A stretch of 64,000 bases of DNA from Eledone cirrhosa (taxonomy: Eukaryota). The stretch lies in NCBI GenBank assembly GCA_964016885.1, contig OZ024741.1, positions 318,804,001 through 318,868,000 of the forward strand. The letters run 5' to 3'. Below, in pieces: positions 1 to 11,160 of this stretch. The translations under genes and the position numbers were made by a program. The stretch's first letter is position 1; each line of letters starts with the position of its first letter. Below the pieces are notes generated by a model. The model was not told the origin of the DNA. It saw nothing but the letters and a program-made list of their open reading frames with translations, and did not search any database.

Positions 1-455
<455 letters not shown>

Positions 456-495
456 GGAAGCATCTTAGCTACCATCTAACATATACACACACACA

Positions 496-562
<67 letters not shown>

Positions 563-1006
563 GAAATGTATAGAAATTATTGTAGCAAGAAGCCAACAGT
601 ATTCCATAATATATAAGTGACTATAGCGTCAAAATAGGAAAATAGTTAACGTAAGATGTGGGAAAAATAATTCAAACTCAATTCAAAAAGAATCAGGATA
701 TAGATTTATCCAACAGAATTTAGTGAAATCCAGGGAAAACTCAATAGAGCCTTAACTCATGATAAAACAAAGTTTAAAATACTCATCCTTCAATTTGGAA
801 CAACTACAAATGCTCTGTATAGTCTTGAAAAGACTATTTCACGAAAACTTTCAGTGACGATGGACACGGTTGGAATCCGATCGTCAGCAGAGCTCAACAT
901 GATAACCAAAATCTCACTGATTAATATGCCAAAAAGGGAATTTAAAAGCAGGCTAGTTTAACATCATGCGTGATTATGAAAATAAAACGCACATGTGGAA
1001 AAAAAC

Positions 1007-1160
1007 AGCCGGTTGAGCACTCTATGCTCTTACAGAGCAGAGTATGATAGAATATAAAACGAAAAATCAGTGATGCATCTGAACTCAATTTATTGTGTGT
1101 TGCAATTGTTTCCCCGGCGGACAGCTCGAGACGCGATCATTGAGTGGATCTATCTGATTA
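1007..1160. repeat. Third partial copy of the 97-455 palindrome arm
   Basis: gagcagagtatgatagaatataaaacgaaaaatcagtgatgcatctg... is the reverse complement of ~320-445. Confidence 0.85.
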
Positions 1161-1306
1161 TATATATTTGTGCGTGTGTGTATATGTTAGATGTGTAATA
1201 ACAACAGTTACAGGCGGCACGCCGTTCGAAGCACTCGATGCTGTTACGAGGTCCGTTTCGTTAAGGTGTATTCCAGTGTTACGGTTGTAGTGTGCAGAGT
1301 GTAAAT

Positions 1307-1548
1307 AGATTTACAAGAGTTGAAGTCAGTGTTGCAGCATATGTACAAATTTTATTTGCATATTACAATTGTCTCGATATCGATCAGTGCATTTGCACTT
1401 ATCAGCTCGCATATCTGACGAGATGTCGAAAAAGAGTCGGGCCCCGTCACCTTGATTGCACACTGAGCTGATAGATATTGAAACAATTGTAATATGCAAA
1501 TAACGTTTGTACATATGCTGTAACACTAACTTCGACTCTTTTAAATCT
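1307..1548. repeat. Imperfect inverted repeat (~80-bp arms, ~80-bp spacer), fold-back/MITE-like
   Basis: gtgttgcagcatatgtacaaa...tttgcatattacaattgt mirrored by acaattgtaatatgcaaa...tttgtacatatgctgtaacac. Confidence 0.8.
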
Positions 1549-1557
1549 CTCTCTATA

Positions 1558-1588
<31 letters not shown>

Positions 1589-1823
1589 TTCTAGATCTAG
1601 CTGTCGTCTGTTCTACAGTGTGGATGTCATTCACTTCGCACAGAAGTTTTGTTCAAATTTATTGAGGAAATTTTGTGAGTTCAAACTTAATTTTGATACA
1701 ATTGTGTAGCTTGACCCTCCGTCTGAACTGTCAGGCGGTGGGTTAGCTCATCTTTACCCCTCCTAGAGGTGAAAAACCTGTTTTAAAAAATTTTGTGTAA
1801 AAAATTTCAATCGTCTAACAGAA

Positions 1824-3725
1824 ATGTTAAACGCAGCGAACGAAAATAGTGGTGGGGGGACAGCGGTAAGAGTTGTAAGCTCGCACGCTTTAGTCCTCCC
1901 TTCCTTCCCAACTAACGTCATAGAGAAGGAAGGAAAAATTAAAATAAAAACAGACGAATCTGCGGAGAAAAAATTAAATGACGAAAACACAAATCTGGAC
2001 TTGGATTCCAACAACGAAAAAAAAAAATTTGAAAAATTGCATGACAATACTAATAACACAAACAAAGACACAACAAACACAAAAATAACAGTTGAAAATA
2101 ACACCATATCAGAAAACAAAACAGACGACAAGATTTCATTTGCACAGAAAACAAAGAAATCTTTGACTTATATAGCGGAAAACATTTCAGATGTGGTACG
2201 AAGGATCACGGACGCCAAACAATACATAAGTGAAGGAGAGAATGGTATTTTATCGGTAAAAATGCCTCAAGAATTCACGAAAGACATTGAAAGCCGAACG
2301 GTCAAGTTTCGGACCATCAACAACAGTACAAAAAAACCTGAACAGCCTTCTCAAGCAGATATCAAAACAGTACTCACAGAAGTACTTAATGAAACCACTT
2401 TCATAAGAAAAGACAGACTGTATGGAAGCCTAGCAATTATCATGAAGAACGAATCGGCGGCAAAAAAATGTGCTTTGTCACCGATTCGTTCGAAAAATTT
2501 CACCTTTTATCCATCTTATATGGGGAAAAGAACTCAACGCATATGGCTGGATGCAATGATGCCAGATGTGGACTACTGCTGGCTCATAGCTGGCTTCATC
2601 GATCCAGTGAATGACAACGTGATTTCCATTGGGAAAACCACAGGCAATGCGTTCAGTGGAACAGGTATAGAACTGGTAGTACAAATGAAGCCTGAACGCA
2701 TCGCCCAAATACCCGACAGAATCCTATTAGAGGACCACGGGTATATAAACATTAGCGTGGAGGGGAGAAGGCCGTCCTGCCATATCTGTGCAGGCAGAGG
2801 GCACCTGAAGGCCGCTTGTCCCCAACTCAACAAAAAGAAAACCCTGCTACCAACACCAGCTCCACGACCACCACCACAACAGATAAACAAACAACAAAAC
2901 TCAGTCCCACCCAACCCGTCCCTCAGTAAAACCACAACACCACCACAACACAAACAGTCACAACACATTACCCCAAAACAAAATACAGGCCCACCCAACC
3001 TCTCACTCAATAAAACAACACAACCACCGCAGACACAACACACAACACAGTCTAACATAGTGACATCCATCTCCCCCACAAAGAAAACCAACACGGAAAC
3101 ATTACCAGCAAATATACCTCTTCCCTCCAACACTGAAGATAACCCAACGAATTCGGAGGAAGAAACGGAGTCCTTCAGACAGATTAAAAGGAAAAAAAGA
3201 AAACATGTGCAAAACACACAAGGACAAACAACCCCCACCCAAATCTCAACACAATCCAACAAAACAGAAAACACCCCTCCAGCAACAAACAAAACCAAAC
3301 CTGCCCCTCCCCTCTTCGAAACACTCACACCATCGGAAAAAAAGACATTACACTATACTTACATCAACAGAAACAATAATAAATTAAATGAGCTCATATA
3401 CAATAATCCTTCGGTACAAACCGAAGGTGTAAACTTTGTTTCGTCAGAAAACTACCCACATTTAAAACTAATAAAGATCCCAATGAACCTCTACCAAAAA
3501 CTAAAAAAGGATTTTAAGGAGGACGTAGGACCACCCTCTGTCAAACCCATAAACCGCGTCCTACTAAGAAGCTTTCCCCCTCCCCTTCCCCTCCCCAACA
3601 CAACTCCAAACACCCCAACCCCACCACACACTGACGACCCCACACCACCACAAGACACCCCTTCACCCAACACCCCCGACCCCATGGAAGTCGTGCAACC
3701 CGAACCCCGGGAAGCGGAAAGGTAG
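1824..3725 (+). CDS. Tx1-A ORF1 (gag-like nucleic-acid-binding protein, 633 aa)
   Basis: CCHC knuckle CHICAGRGHLKAAC preceded by VEGRRP, Pro/Thr-rich linker, position upstream of ORF2, homologous to ORF1 of copies B and C. Confidence 0.88.
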   Translation: MLNAANENSGGGTAVRVVSSHALVLPSFPTNVIEKEGKIKIKTDESAEKKLNDENTNLDLDSNNEKKKFEKLHDNTNNTNKDTTNTKITVENNTISENKTDDKISFAQKTKKSLTYIAENISDVVRRITDAKQYISEGENGILSVKMPQEFTKDIESRTVKFRTINNSTKKPEQPSQADIKTVLTEVLNETTFIRKDRLYGSLAIIMKNESAAKKCALSPIRSKNFTFYPSYMGKRTQRIWLDAMMPDVDYCWLIAGFIDPVNDNVISIGKTTGNAFSGTGIELVVQMKPERIAQIPDRILLEDHGYINISVEGRRPSCHICAGRGHLKAACPQLNKKKTLLPTPAPRPPPQQINKQQNSVPPNPSLSKTTTPPQHKQSQHITPKQNTGPPNLSLNKTTQPPQTQHTTQSNIVTSISPTKKTNTETLPANIPLPSNTEDNPTNSEEETESFRQIKRKKRKHVQNTQGQTTPTQISTQSNKTENTPPATNKTKPAPPLFETLTPSEKKTLHYTYINRNNNKLNELIYNNPSVQTEGVNFVSSENYPHLKLIKIPMNLYQKLKKDFKEDVGPPSVKPINRVLLRSFPPPLPLPNTTPNTPTPPHTDDPTPPQDTPSPNTPDPMEVVQPEPREAER

Positions 3726-3758
3726 GTCTCTACACTCTCCTTTGGCTCTGCCGCCCAC

Positions 3759-6700
3759 ATGGATGTGTTAAGAGTAGGATGTTTGAATGCACGTGGCCTG
3801 GGCTCAACTTGGAAGCAAGCAAAGCTTCTAAATGACCTCAGGTCATGTAGTATAAATGTAATGGTTATCTGTGAGACTCGAATCAGCGTCGTGCGGCAGC
3901 TGGCCCCCACCTTCGATGACTTTGAGGTGCATGCATCTCTCTGTCAACCTGGAGGTGGGGGTGGGGTTGTCGTACTGCTGCAAAAACACCTGGGTCTTGC
4001 CGTACAGGTTGTGCACTCGGACCCGGAGGGTCGTTTGTTGGTGCTAGACGTTGGCAGTAGTGAAAGTGCGGCCTTGAGACTGGTCGCCGTCTACTCCCCT
4101 TTCGGAGCTGAACGGCCCGATTTCTTCCAGCGTTTGGAGACTTTTCTGGGAACGTCGCGTTCCCTGCTTCTAGCGGGGGATTGGAATGACATCCTGGATG
4201 CACGTTGGGACTATGCAGGAGCATGTCCTAATAGAGGGGGGTGTAACAGCCTCAAGGGGTTACTCGACCGTTTTAACTTGGTCGATAGATATCGACTAGA
4301 TTTTCCAACTGTGCCTACCTGGACTTGGAGAAACCACAGTGGTCAATCTAGATCGTACTTAGATAGATTCTTAGTTAGAAGTAAGGATAGGGACATATTA
4401 AGCTGTCCAGAAATGCGCACGGTTGGCTACACGGATCACAAATTAGTGACCTGCGTGGTCAATCTCGAGAAAACACATAGACAGGGTCCCGGTTACTGGA
4501 AACTTAATTTGTCTTTACCGGCAAAAGAGACTTACAGAAACCGGATTAGCAGATTAGTTAAGGAGAGGTTGACGGGTGCAATCGTCAACAACCGATGGTG
4601 GGCATCTCTCAAAAGAGAGATTAGAACAGAATCAATAAGTTATAGCAAGATGTTAGCTGCCGATAGGAATAGAAACGAGAAAGAATTAACAGGTAAATTA
4701 GAAGAGGCAATCAAGAGCGAAGATGTGGCCAGAGTGCTGGCATCGAGGACGGCCTTGAACCAGTTTTTCGATGCAAAGCACGAAGGCTGCGTCATTCGAA
4801 GTAAAATACGTGCTCTAGGTAATGAGGGGGCCAAAGCCGTTGGATGGGCCCGCGTGACAGAAGCTAAGAGTGGAAATCGATCCACCATCCGGTCGTTGCA
4901 AGACGAAGATGGACGGGTGATCCGGGAGCCTAAGCAGATGTGCGAGGCCTTTCAAAGGCACTTTGCCCGATTGTTCGGGGGAGGCGAGGGTCCGGGCGGG
5001 GGCGTGGATTTCGGTCCATACCTCGACGGCCTGCCGCGTCTCTCGAACGAAGAGGCAGAGTCCTGCGAGGGACCAATCTCGGCTGATGAGATCGGAGATA
5101 CGCTGAGCCAATGCAGCAGACGCAAATCTCCAGGTCTCGATGGTATACCTTACGAACTTTATTTAGCAATGCCGGTCTTCTTCTCCGAACTCCTCGAAGC
5201 GGTCTACTGCAATTGGCAGCAGAACGGGAGAATTCCTTGTTCTGTAGCCAAGGGCGTAGTCACGCTGGTGAGGAAGGACGAGAACAAGGGGGATAATATA
5301 AATAATTTTCGGCCCATAACCCTGCTAAACACAGAGTTAAAGATTTTGGCCAAGGTGTTAGCAAAGAGGTTGGCGCTTGTCGTGGGTGGCCTGGTGGGAG
5401 ATGCGCAGACATGTGCTATCCCATCCAGGTCCATTCACGATAACCTCCACCTCATGCGATACATCATAGAGAGGGTTGGCAACAAACCCGGCTTCGGTGG
5501 GGCCCTGATCAACTTAGATCAGTCTAAGGCCTTCGATAGGGTCGACCATGGTTACCTGGATGCGGTGCTAGCGGCGGCTGGGTTCGGTCCTGTTTTCAGA
5601 GGCTGGATCACTGCCCTACATAGCAACCACATCTGTTCTAGGATCAAGGTGAACGGCTACCTTTCGAAGCCGTTCGAAATCACACGATCCATTCGACAGG
5701 GGTGCCCTCTCTCCTCCCTTCTGTACGTATTGACTCTCGAGCCTTTACTGAGGAAGTTGGAGTTGTTGCAGGGCATCCCCCTGGAACCAGGATTGAGCAA
5801 AGCGGTGTCGGCCTACGCCGATGACGTAACAGTAATGGTATCAACCGACTCGGAGATCGAGGCGATCGGTACCTTACTGGAGGAGTGCGAAAGGTTGTCA
5901 GGAGCGAAACTGAACCGGGAAAAATCCATCGGGCTGCAACTCGGAACGTGGAGAGGCAGACCGATGCCTCCTGACGGTGTCGTCGGACACTGGACGGAGG
6001 GCCCGGTAAAGTTGCTTGGGGTCTGGTTTAGACCGGACCTCCAGGTGGAAAAGAACTGGAACGAGGTTACGAACAAGGTGTTTGCACTAACCCAGAAATG
6101 GGCCAAGTGTAAGCTGTCCCTAAAAGGCCGGGCGGAGGTGGCGAACATTTACATAGCGTCCGTCACTTACTACCGCCTGACTGTCGTGCCTTGCCCTAAG
6201 GAAACACTCACCACCATGGAACGCATGCTCTTCCAATTTCTTTGGAAGAAGCGTCCTCCTATGGTGAGAAGATCCATCTGCTGCCAACAACCTTCGAAAG
6301 GAGGGCTGGGGATGCCGTGGTTGATGATGCGTAGGCACGCATTAAGGCTACGGCACCTACAGGTATTCCTCACTGGTCAACCGGTGTGGGCTCCGTTCGT
6401 GAAACGAGCCTTTCCGAGACTCGTCTCGCTCACCGAGCTACAGTCCTGGGTCAAGCAAAGATCCGGAAAACTGGGAGACTGGCACACTGAGTGTGCTCAG
6501 GCGCTCAGGGCTCTCTGGCAAGCGGGCCAGGCCATCGGTGGAGAATCCACCTCATCATTCTATAGAGGGCTGGTGGCTAGCAGGGGCGATGACACCCTTG
6601 GAGAGTCGCTGGACATGGAAGAAGACGAACTGGCCAGCCTGTTCGGTAGGACTTTCGGCCCAGGACCAATGGACAACTTCCAGAAGTCACTGGCCTGGCA

Positions 6701-7196
6701 GTGCTACCGGGGGGCTCTACCCGTTCGAGAGAGGCTCTACAGACACGGGCGCCCGGGCAGGGATCCCTCAAAAAAGATTTGCCCTAGATGCGTGCGTCAC
6801 GAAGAAACCGTTGCGCACGCATTGGTGCAATGTCCGGGCGTGGCTGATCTGTGGGGCTACGCCGAACGACTGCTGTCGCGGGTGGCGCCGATTAAATTGA
6901 CCGCCGAGTCCGTGATGACAATCAAACCGCCTCCCCTCTTCACAAAGGAAGCAAAGGCGGTTTTTCTGTGCGTAATAGCCATGTTGAAAGAGGTTGTTTG
7001 GTGGACACGATTGAAAGGTCTGAGGTCAGGCAACTTCCTCTCTGGCCATAGTCTGGTCTACTTCTTCCGATATCACTTCGGAAGAAGGATAAGAATGGAG
7101 AGAGAGGTGCTTGGCCACAGGCAGTTTTATGAAAGGTGGGTGATAGTGGCGAGAATGGCTCGTGTAAATGGGCCTTCTCTGTATACCATCCTGTAG
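3759..7196 (+). CDS. Tx1-A ORF2: apurinic endonuclease + reverse transcriptase + C-terminal Zn motif (1145 aa, uninterrupted)
   Basis: APE motifs NARGL, CETR, GDWN, YLDRF, TDHK; GPGYWKLN; RT motifs KSPGLDG, FRPITLLN, DQSKAFDRV, QGCPLS, YADD; CPRC..ETVAHALVQC. Confidence 0.95.
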   Translation: MDVLRVGCLNARGLGSTWKQAKLLNDLRSCSINVMVICETRISVVRQLAPTFDDFEVHASLCQPGGGGGVVVLLQKHLGLAVQVVHSDPEGRLLVLDVGSSESAALRLVAVYSPFGAERPDFFQRLETFLGTSRSLLLAGDWNDILDARWDYAGACPNRGGCNSLKGLLDRFNLVDRYRLDFPTVPTWTWRNHSGQSRSYLDRFLVRSKDRDILSCPEMRTVGYTDHKLVTCVVNLEKTHRQGPGYWKLNLSLPAKETYRNRISRLVKERLTGAIVNNRWWASLKREIRTESISYSKMLAADRNRNEKELTGKLEEAIKSEDVARVLASRTALNQFFDAKHEGCVIRSKIRALGNEGAKAVGWARVTEAKSGNRSTIRSLQDEDGRVIREPKQMCEAFQRHFARLFGGGEGPGGGVDFGPYLDGLPRLSNEEAESCEGPISADEIGDTLSQCSRRKSPGLDGIPYELYLAMPVFFSELLEAVYCNWQQNGRIPCSVAKGVVTLVRKDENKGDNINNFRPITLLNTELKILAKVLAKRLALVVGGLVGDAQTCAIPSRSIHDNLHLMRYIIERVGNKPGFGGALINLDQSKAFDRVDHGYLDAVLAAAGFGPVFRGWITALHSNHICSRIKVNGYLSKPFEITRSIRQGCPLSSLLYVLTLEPLLRKLELLQGIPLEPGLSKAVSAYADDVTVMVSTDSEIEAIGTLLEECERLSGAKLNREKSIGLQLGTWRGRPMPPDGVVGHWTEGPVKLLGVWFRPDLQVEKNWNEVTNKVFALTQKWAKCKLSLKGRAEVANIYIASVTYYRLTVVPCPKETLTTMERMLFQFLWKKRPPMVRRSICCQQPSKGGLGMPWLMMRRHALRLRHLQVFLTGQPVWAPFVKRAFPRLVSLTELQSWVKQRSGKLGDWHTECAQALRALWQAGQAIGGESTSSFYRGLVASRGDDTLGESLDMEEDELASLFGRTFGPGPMDNFQKSLAWQCYRGALPVRERLYRHGRPGRDPSKKICPRCVRHEETVAHALVQCPGVADLWGYAERLLSRVAPIKLTAESVMTIKPPPLFTKEAKAVFLCVIAMLKEVVWWTRLKGLRSGNFLSGHSLVYFFRYHFGRRIRMEREVLGHRQFYERWVIVARMARVNGPSLYTIL

Positions 7197-7439
7197 GTAA
7201 AGAAGTAAAGGAGAGGGGAGCACCTTCTCCATGTGCTCCCCGGGCAAAGGATTGCACACTTTTTCGGGGGTGTGTGCAACCCCCATCACGTCCCCTCCCT
7301 TTTGAGGTTATTTTCGATTATTTTCATGTTACACCCTTTTTACTCGATTATATGTAAACTCCCCCTTTGTATTTGTCCCTTCTTTTTATGCCTTTATGGT
7401 AAATAAAGAAATCTATCTATCTATCTATTTCTCTCTCTC

Positions 7440-7496
<57 letters not shown>

Positions 7497-8185
7497 CTAT
7501 CTCTCTCTCTCGCTCTCGCTCTCTCTCGCTCTCTCTCTCTCTCTCTCTATGTATGTATATATATATATGAATGAAAAATAGAGCGAGAAACGGGACTGTC
7601 CATCATCAGTGATATTCTGATTATCATCGATATTTCTTCGCATTAAAGACCAGATACCTCAAAATCAGTGCGAGCAATAACTAAAATAAGTTATTGGGAC
7701 AGAGCGAATTGGGTGGAGAAAGAGGGACAGTAAACAAACAAAATAGTAATGCAACGTAAAGAGAGGAAATGAGAGACAAGTCAATGATACATGTGAACTT
7801 AAGTTCGAACAAATCAACGACGAGAAGACGGCAGACGCGTCCGAACCCTACTAAATGTGAGCAGGAAAAGGATTTCACATGGGTCAGACGGGAGGAAGTG
7901 AGAGAGGGGGAGCAGCAGAGAGTGAGTGAGTGAAAGTGTGAGGAAGAGGCCAGCCGTGAGAGTGTGTGACCAGCAGAGGGGATGAATGAAAGCAAAAGGT
8001 ACAAGGAGAGAGAAGGGGGGAGAGAAAGAGGATAGCAGTAAGGTGATGGAAAAAGACAAACAACAGCGAGGGGAAAAATTATATATGAATGAAAAAATGG
8101 CGGGCTGCGTTGTTGCGAGTGTGATACATATGAATGAAATATATATATATATATATATATATTCGATTTTACTAACCTTCCACTC

Positions 8186-8251
<66 letters not shown>

Positions 8252-8557
8252 GATTTTACTAACCTTCCACTCGTATATATATATATATATAGTGTAAGTC
8301 AAAAGGTTAAAATTAATTTCGTTTATTCATAGTCACTATTATATATATTTCGGTGTTAACCAATATGCAAAAGCTATGACCTCATCACAAAGCTAGAATT
8401 TGAACAGGAAAAAAAAAACAGAAAAACTTAACGATGGAATAAAGCTTATTTCGGTTATTTCGATTTTTTTTTATATACTTCGTGCTGAAATTTGGTGTTG
8501 TTTTCTCAAGGCACCGGTAGCATATATGTATATATCTATGTGTGTGTGTGTGTGTGT

Positions 8558-8900
8558 AAACATTTTTTAATTTATTTTTGTTTCCATCTCTGCGCATGCG
8601 TTTGCGTGTGTGTATAATGTTTGGTGTGTGTGTTTGGGTGTATGTGTTTTGATTTTTGTGAGCGAAATAGAGCTTAGAAAACCAAAGTTAAACAGAAAAA
8701 ATAAATGTAATAACAACAACAACCATACCCAAACAAACATATATACACAAGTACAATAACAACAAACACATATAAACACACACTAGTAAACAAAGATAGA
8801 ATACAAAAACCAAAACACATACACCCAAACGCGAACACACACACCAAACATTATTACACACGCAAACGCATGCGCAGAGACGGAGACAAAAATAAATAAA
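8558..8900. repeat. Inverted repeat (~100-bp arms) around a ~140-bp spacer
   Basis: tctctgcgcatgcgtttgcgtgtgtg...gtttgggtgtatgtgttttg mirrored by caaaacacatacacccaaac...cacacgcaaacgcatgcgcagaga. Confidence 0.8.
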
Positions 8901-8980
8901 TAAATTAATTAATTAATTAAATTAAAATGTCGTGAACATTACAATACAACACAAAAGGAGGAAACATGATAATAGTACCA

Positions 8981-9312
8981 CTATTGTGGACTAATCTTCT
9001 TTAACCATCCTTGGAAACTCTTTGAGATAGTACCTAGTGTGCCTATGACAATCGGGACGACCTTGATTTCATGGCAGTTCCAAATCCTTTTTAACTCCCA
9101 CTTTAAGTCCTGGTATCGGTTAATTTCCTCCCTCTCCTTTTCTTGCACTCTCGTGTCAAATGGGCAGGCTACATCTACAATCAGGCACGATCCTTTTTCC
9201 TTGTCCAAAACAACCAGGTCAGGCCTATTGTGTTCTAATTTCTTGTCCGTATGTATCCTAAAATCCCATCGCACCTTCACCTGATCGTTTTCTATCACCG
9301 ACTCTGATTATG
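8981..9312 (-). pseudogene. R4/Dong-type non-LTR element fragment, restriction-like endonuclease (REL) domain
   Basis: WDFRIHTD..HNRPDLVV..IVDVACP..KE.EEINRYQDL..IW..VVPIVIGTLG; truncated at both ends. Confidence 0.88.
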
Positions 9313-9314
9313 CT

Positions 9315-11129
9315 GTGATAGCAGCAGTATTATCTGAAAACGACATCACCACCACCGCCACCACCACCACCACAACAACAACAACTCAGAGCAATAACGA
9401 CAATAACACCGACAGCTTCAATGTAAACACGGATGGCGGTGGCAACAACACCAATAACAACAGCAAGAATGACAACACCAACAATAAGAGCATCAGAAAC
9501 ACCACATTTGCTGCAGCAGCAGCAAAAACAAAGCGTTTATTGAATATTGATATTGATATTAGCGATAAAGACGAACAGTTGGCCAAAGCGTGGAGGCTAA
9601 TTGAACGGGAGAAGTCCTGGGCAAACCTGACCATCCCGGACGAGGCAATAGCGGCCATGCAAAGGAGGACGGTGTTCTTTCGATGTATTTCGGTGCAGAC
9701 ACGAAAAGTGGAACTTGCGAGCCAAGCAGAGGTCGAGGCTGCTTCGGAGTACATCGGAAGTAATATAGAGTACAAAGCAAGAGACAAACAGTTCGGTACC
9801 ATCTCGGTACTGTTCAAAACCGAGACCCTCGCTATTAAGCACTCGGTGACTCCCTGCAGAACGGAACGCATTATCATGCATCCGTCCTACATGGGTAAAA
9901 GGACAGTAAAGGTACGCATTCCCAGCATCCCACCAGGAATGAACATATGGTGGCTGCTGGGATGCGTAATCGAGGAGGGGACAGACACTACCCTCCTGGA
10001 TATCAAAAGGACAGAGAGAGAGGACTGGTCCGGAATAGATTTGGAGATTCTTCTCCAAATTAAACCGGAGGATATGAATAACATCCCGGATTTTGCCCGC
10101 CTGCAGGACGGAACAATCCAACTAATCATTGACGGAAGAAGGCCACGCTGCTTCGTCTGCGGGGAAGCAACGCATCTTCAAGCCTTCTGCCCTCAGCGCA
10201 AAAATGCAGGGTTTCGCAAACCTCCTTTGTTGCCAACGCCAGTGTCAGCACGGAAAGCTGCACCACCACCACCACCAAAAACAACACCAATAAAAACACG
10301 GACACCAACATCAAAAACAGCCGGATCACCACCAACACCAAAACCAATCCAAGGAGAAAACGAGGAAAGCTCTCCCACTCCCCTACCCCCCTACCCCTAC
10401 CCCCCCCCCCCAATTATACACATAGACAAAACAATAAACGCACACACAGACACAGAGACACTCACAGACACAGACCCTTTGTCTTCCAGCAGCGAAGATG
10501 AAGGAAACCCCAAAAGTGCAAAAAAACATAAAACTCACAAAAAAAAGCCCCAACAAAACACAAAAACATACACAACAAAAAATACAGACACCACTAACGC
10601 AAACACTTCTCCAATAACATCATCACCAACAGCAAAATCGACACCACCTCCACAATCCCCGAAACGCAAACAACCTAAACAAACACAAGTACAAATAAAC
10701 ACACAAATACCTGAAATTGCAGACACCACACCTACAACAAACATATACATACCCGAAACAACACCACCAAAACCATCACCACCACAGTCACCAAAACGAA
10801 AACAAATAAAACCACACCAACAAAATGTTAAAAACTTCGTGCTTGTCAGAAGGGCCAACGATAAACTGATGGCCTTCTTAGCACGAAGCGAGGACATTCA
10901 AACAGAGGGGGAGATTTTTGAAATGAGCACATTTTGCGTGCTAGAAGATTTGCTTCTGGTCCGAATGTCACTCAATTCCTTCAAAGAAATTCGAGAGAGC
11001 TTTCCTCAAGACGTGGGAACCCCGAATGTGAAACCCACATCAAGACTTTTAAAGGGTTTCCCAAAAGAAACCCCATCAACCATGGAGGTCGAACCACCCG
11101 ACCTTCACAAGATCCCGGCAGGTAAGTAA
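9315..11129 (+). CDS. Tx1-B ORF1 (604 aa open, true start probably lost)
   Basis: PSYMGKRT motif shared with copy A; IDGRRPRCFVCGEATHLQAFC knuckle; begins at GTG at the junction with the R4 fragment. Confidence 0.8.
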   Translation: MIAAVLSENDITTTATTTTTTTTTQSNNDNNTDSFNVNTDGGGNNTNNNSKNDNTNNKSIRNTTFAAAAAKTKRLLNIDIDISDKDEQLAKAWRLIEREKSWANLTIPDEAIAAMQRRTVFFRCISVQTRKVELASQAEVEAASEYIGSNIEYKARDKQFGTISVLFKTETLAIKHSVTPCRTERIIMHPSYMGKRTVKVRIPSIPPGMNIWWLLGCVIEEGTDTTLLDIKRTEREDWSGIDLEILLQIKPEDMNNIPDFARLQDGTIQLIIDGRRPRCFVCGEATHLQAFCPQRKNAGFRKPPLLPTPVSARKAAPPPPPKTTPIKTRTPTSKTAGSPPTPKPIQGENEESSPTPLPPYPYPPPPIIHIDKTINAHTDTETLTDTDPLSSSSEDEGNPKSAKKHKTHKKKPQQNTKTYTTKNTDTTNANTSPITSSPTAKSTPPPQSPKRKQPKQTQVQINTQIPEIADTTPTTNIYIPETTPPKPSPPQSPKRKQIKPHQQNVKNFVLVRRANDKLMAFLARSEDIQTEGEIFEMSTFCVLEDLLLVRMSLNSFKEIRESFPQDVGTPNVKPTSRLLKGFPKETPSTMEVEPPDLHKIPAGK

Positions 11130-11160
11130 ACCTTCCCTCTCTCTCTCTTAGCTTACCAAT

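Larger units (their letters stand above)
1588..7410 (+). mobile_element. Tx1/L1-clade non-LTR retrotransposon copy A, apparently full length, flanked on both sides by (ATCT)n
   Basis: 5'UTR + ORF1 + APE-RT ORF2 + 3'UTR ending AATAAAgaa then atctatctatct; (CTAT)n at ~1557-1587 upstream. Confidence 0.93.

Noticed and set aside
1415-1440. CTGACGA-gatgtc-GAAA hammerhead-like string in the 1307-1548 spacer
   Set aside because: Stem II only 2 bp and no convincing stems I/III
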